Assembly (NCBI GenBank): GCA_964397655.1
Contig: CAYNKA010000002.1
Span: 93,721 to 157,720, forward strand
Direction: 5' to 3'
DNA from: an uncultured Spirochaetaceae bacterium
GTDB taxonomy: Bacteria; Spirochaetota; Spirochaetia; DTKZ01
DNA length: 64,000 nt
Every line of letters starts with the position of its first letter. Within the stretch, counting starts at the first letter, position 1. Both the position numbers and the translations under genes were made by a program. Positions 60,966 through 64,000 of the stretch are shown here, in pieces. The notes beneath the pieces are model-generated. The model was not told where the DNA came from. It was given only the letters and a program-made list of their open reading frames with translations, and searched no databases.

Positions 60966-62135
60966 TCACACCTTCTCCAACACGATCGCCAGGGAATTCT
61001 TCTGGATCAGATAATCGTCGTCCGGAAGCAGCACGGGTTTGTTGACTTCGAGCCCCTTCACCTTCTGCAGATTCACGATGAGCTGGGAGACGTCGGAGGT
61101 CTTCTGCGCCTCCCTGAGGGACTCGAGTTTCATGTGGTTGGGCGATCCGGTGTTCTCGAGGATGCCGAGGAGAATTTTCTTCGAGGCTCCCGCGAAGGTC
61201 GTTCGGTAGTCCCCGTATTGCCTCCCCAGGTAATCCGCGGGTATCTCCGCCGTGCCGAGCCGAGACGAGCTGTTCTCCTGTGAAAGCAGCTCGAAGATGA
61301 TGTGCGACATGCCGTTCGTCGCGGAGGTGTTCGCCAGCATACGACGGGAGAACACGCGGCTGAAGAGGATCTCGTCGCACTGCGCGTGCTTGAGATAGCT
61401 CTCGTATTTCTTGTCCAGGACTTCGGCGCAGATGTAGACGTCCTTGCTGAGAGAGCGGGCCGTGAGCACCGTCATGACGGTCTTGGAGTCGACCTCGGAG
61501 GGGGTGCCCCTGTCGAGCACGTCCGCGAGGATGAGCACCTTGTTCGCGTGCTTCACGTTCGCCCTGACGAGGGCCGCTTCCGAGGAATAATCGCCCCGCA
61601 CGTACTGCAGGTCCTTCAGGTCCTCCAGGTCCCTGAGGGCGTCGATCCTTTCCGGCTCGATGTTGGAGACCACCACGAGCCTGTCCGCGGATACGTCCTT
61701 CGAAACCCGGATGATGTCCAGGAGGATCTCCTCCATGTTGTTCTTCCAGCCGCAGATTATGAGGTGGTTCCTGATACGGTTGAGTTCCATGAGTCCGCTC
61801 CTGGCCCGCGAGTTCCGGGCCACCAAGAATGAGGCCAAGGTACCGGAGAGAAGCGTGGTCGCCCCGATGCCGAAGAACACGGTCAGGATGCCGAGAATCT
61901 TGCCTCCGATCGTGCTCGGGACCTTGTCTCCGTATCCCGTCGTGCTGAAGGTGATCACCGACCACCAGATCCCGTCGAAAAAATCCGTGAACTGATCGTT
62001 CGTCCCCCGTTCGACCAACACCATGGCGAACGACGTCGCGAGGATGAGCGAGAAGAGCCAGTAGAACGGCCGGAGTTTCGGATCACCGAGCCGAGAGGCG
62101 AGCCGCCTGGCCGCCGCGGAAAGTTTTCCTTTCAT
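60966..62135 (-). CDS. Two-TM potassium channel with a C-terminal RCK/TrkA-like domain
   Basis: Selectivity filter TTGYGD between two TM helices, followed by a cytoplasmic regulatory domain. The start at 62135 is preferred (the alternative is 62174). Confidence 0.8.
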   Translation of the reverse strand: MKGKLSAAARRLASRLGDPKLRPFYWLFSLILATSFAMVLVERGTNDQFTDFFDGIWWSVITFSTTGYGDKVPSTIGGKILGILTVFFGIGATTLLSGTLASFLVARNSRARSGLMELNRIRNHLIICGWKNNMEEILLDIIRVSKDVSADRLVVVSNIEPERIDALRDLEDLKDLQYVRGDYSSEAALVRANVKHANKVLILADVLDRGTPSEVDSKTVMTVLTARSLSKDVYICAEVLDKKYESYLKHAQCDEILFSRVFSRRMLANTSATNGMSHIIFELLSQENSSSRLGTAEIPADYLGRQYGDYRTTFAGASKKILLGILENTGSPNHMKLESLREAQKTSDVSQLIVNLQKVKGLEVNKPVLLPDDDYLIQKNSLAIVLEKV

Positions 62136-62139
62136 GACC

Positions 62140-64000
62140 TCACCCGTTCCCGAATTCCGGCATTTCGCCGACATAGTCCTTGAACACCTTTATTTCCCTT
62201 TCGACCGTCATGAGATGTTCCGCGGCGGTCCTCGCGTTCCGGTCCTTGGCCGCCTGTTCAAGCTCGGCGGCCGCATCGCCGAGCCGCTTGGCGGAAAGGT
62301 TCCAGGATCCCCCCTTGATCCCGTGGGACTCGATCCTCAGGCTCTCCCAGTCGCCCGCGATGAGGGCCGCCTTCATGGACTCGGTCTGGGCGTCCAGCTT
62401 CTCCATGAAGGTCTTCACGACCCGCGTCACGACGTCCTTCTTGCCCATGAACGAGTCCAGGGCCTCGGTCAGGTCGAATACGGTCCGCTCCGGCTCGGCC
62501 TCGGATTCGACCGCGGGCTCGGCGGGCTCCGATCGCCTTTCCCGGGTCTTCTCGGAAGCGGGCAGCCAGCGTTCCAGGTAGGGAAGGAGATCCCTGCTCT
62601 TGAACGGCTTCGTGAGGTAGTCGTTCATGCCCGCCTCGATGCAGATCTCGCGCTCACCCTTGAGGGCGTTGGCGGTCACCGCCACGATGGGCATTTCGTA
62701 TCCGAGTTCCCGGAGGCGCTGCGAAGCCTCGTATCCGTTCATCTCCGGCATCTGCATGTCCATGAAGACGAGGTCGATCTTCTCCTTCTCCGCCCGTTCC
62801 ACGGCTTCGAGTCCGTTCGCGGCGAGAAACACGGTATATCCCATCTTCTCCAGGATGGTCTGGAAAAGCTGCTGGTTCACGAGGTGGTCCTCCGCGACGA
62901 GGATCGAATACCGCTTGTTGCAGGACTCATCCGCGAGTTCCTCCACCTCCTCGGGCTCCTCCTCCCTGAGGTCCTCCGCCGCGGAGGACGGCGCGGCGAC
63001 GGATGCGAGGCATTCGAGAAGATCCCGTCGCTTGACCGGCTTGTTCACGTAACCGTCGAACCAGCCGAGGAGCTTCATCTTGGCCTCGGTTCCGCTGCCC
63101 GTGGGACTCATGAGGATGAGCCGGCAGGAGTTGATCCTCGCGTCGTTGTGGATTTCGCTCGCGAGCTGCCATCCGTCCATGCCCGGCATGAGAAGGTCCA
63201 CGAGGGCGAGTCCGAAGGGATCGCCCTCCTCGGCGGCCCGGGCGAGCTTCTCGAGGGCATCCCTGCCGTTTTCAGCGGTCTCGACCCTCCTGAACCAGTC
63301 CGACGTGAGCGCCGAGAGAATTCCGCGGGAGGATCGGTTGTCGTCCACGATGAGGACCCTGCTGCCGAGGAAATTCTCCTCGAACACCGGTTCCGCGTCC
63401 TCCTCGCGCTCCGGCACGGGCTTCAGGGGGAGCGTGAACCAGAAGGTCGAGCCCTGCCCCTTGGCGCTCCGGACGTCTATGGTCCCGTCCATCATCTTCA
63501 CCAGGCTCTTGGAGATGGAAAGCCCGAGACCGGTTCCGCCGAATTTCCTCGTCGTGGAGGAATCCACCTGCGTGAAGGCATGGAAGAGCATGGCGAGCTT
63601 CTCCTCGGGAATCCCGATTCCGGTGTCGATCACTTCGACCTTCACCTCGGGAACCCCGCGATCCTCCCCGACGAGGCCGGTTCTGACGAGGATTTCGCCC
63701 TGGGAGGTGAATTTGACGGCGTTGTTGAAGAGGTTGATGATTATCTGCCTGATCCGGACAGGATCCCCCTTCACCCACCGGGGAACTCCCCGTCCCATGT
63801 CGATGAGGACCTCCAGGTTCTTCTTGTGCGCGAGGAGGCTCACCATGTCCACGGCCTCCTCCACGAGGGAGATGAAATCGCAGTCCAGGATTTCGAGCGA
63901 GAGCTTTCCCGCCTCGATTTTCGAGAAGTCGAGGATGTCGTTGATGAGCCCGAGCAGGACCTCGGCGGAGAACCTTATCTGGTCGGAGTATTCCTTCTGC
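62140..64000 (-). CDS. Hybrid sensor histidine kinase (HATPase, 2x REC, C-terminal Hpt); N-terminus lies beyond the window end
   Basis: HATPase_c G-boxes (GTGLGLSI), two receiver domains (VLIVDDN ... D, ILVAEDH ... DMQMPEMNG) and an Hpt motif (SHGIKGGS). Confidence 0.8.
   Translation of the reverse strand, partial: QKEYSDQIRFSAEVLLGLINDILDFSKIEAGKLSLEILDCDFISLVEEAVDMVSLLAHKKNLEVLIDMGRGVPRWVKGDPVRIRQIIINLFNNAVKFTSQGEILVRTGLVGEDRGVPEVKVEVIDTGIGIPEEKLAMLFHAFTQVDSSTTRKFGGTGLGLSISKSLVKMMDGTIDVRSAKGQGSTFWFTLPLKPVPEREEDAEPVFEENFLGSRVLIVDDNRSSRGILSALTSDWFRRVETAENGRDALEKLARAAEEGDPFGLALVDLLMPGMDGWQLASEIHNDARINSCRLILMSPTGSGTEAKMKLLGWFDGYVNKPVKRRDLLECLASVAAPSSAAEDLREEEPEEVEELADESCNKRYSILVAEDHLVNQQLFQTILEKMGYTVFLAANGLEAVERAEKEKIDLVFMDMQMPEMNGYEASQRLRELGYEMPIVAVTANALKGEREICIEAGMNDYLTKPFKSRDLLPYLERWLPASEKTRERRSEPAEPAVESEAEPERTVFDLTEALDSFMGKKDVVTRVVKTFMEKLDAQTESMKAALIAGDWESLRIESHGIKGGSWNLSAKRLGDAAAELEQAAKDRNARTAAEHLMTVEREIKVFKDYVGEMPEFGNG

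Overview
This is a high-GC (~65%) bacterial chromosomal segment. Its rubrerythrin, desulfoferrodoxin and rubredoxin cluster suggests an anaerobe. A ~17.5 kb lower-GC island (about 24.5-41.9 kb) lies immediately upstream of tRNA-Phe and carries a complete type III-B (Cmr) CRISPR-Cas locus: cas6, cmr1, cas10/cmr2, cmr3 to cmr6, a small unknown ORF, a degenerate UPF0175/PIN toxin-antitoxin remnant, csx1 (CARF-HEPN), cas1, two tandem non-identical cas2 genes, and a 66-repeat array with a 35-bp repeat. Flanking the island are housekeeping genes on the plus strand: a sugar dehydratase and aminotransferase, a three-subunit xanthine-dehydrogenase-family enzyme, dnaE, recG, rsmD, hisZGB and an RlmN-like enzyme. 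Also present are alaS, an orphan fliG, two tandem 7TM-PAS sensors with an unusual Cys-rich C-terminal module, and an EFR1-like ferredoxin. Downstream of tRNA-Phe lie uxaB, an nqrBCDEF cluster with no adjacent nqrA, two PAS-GGDEF-EAL regulators, aroK and aroC, an oxidative-stress triad (rbr, dfx, rubredoxin), and a three-gene module on the minus strand (K+ channel, stand-alone cNMP-binding protein, metallophosphoesterase). The window ends inside a hybrid histidine kinase (5' end truncated). Most long minus-strand and Arg-rich alternate-frame ORFs in the track are high-GC artefacts. All coordinates derived by hand-counting are within about +/-1 nt.
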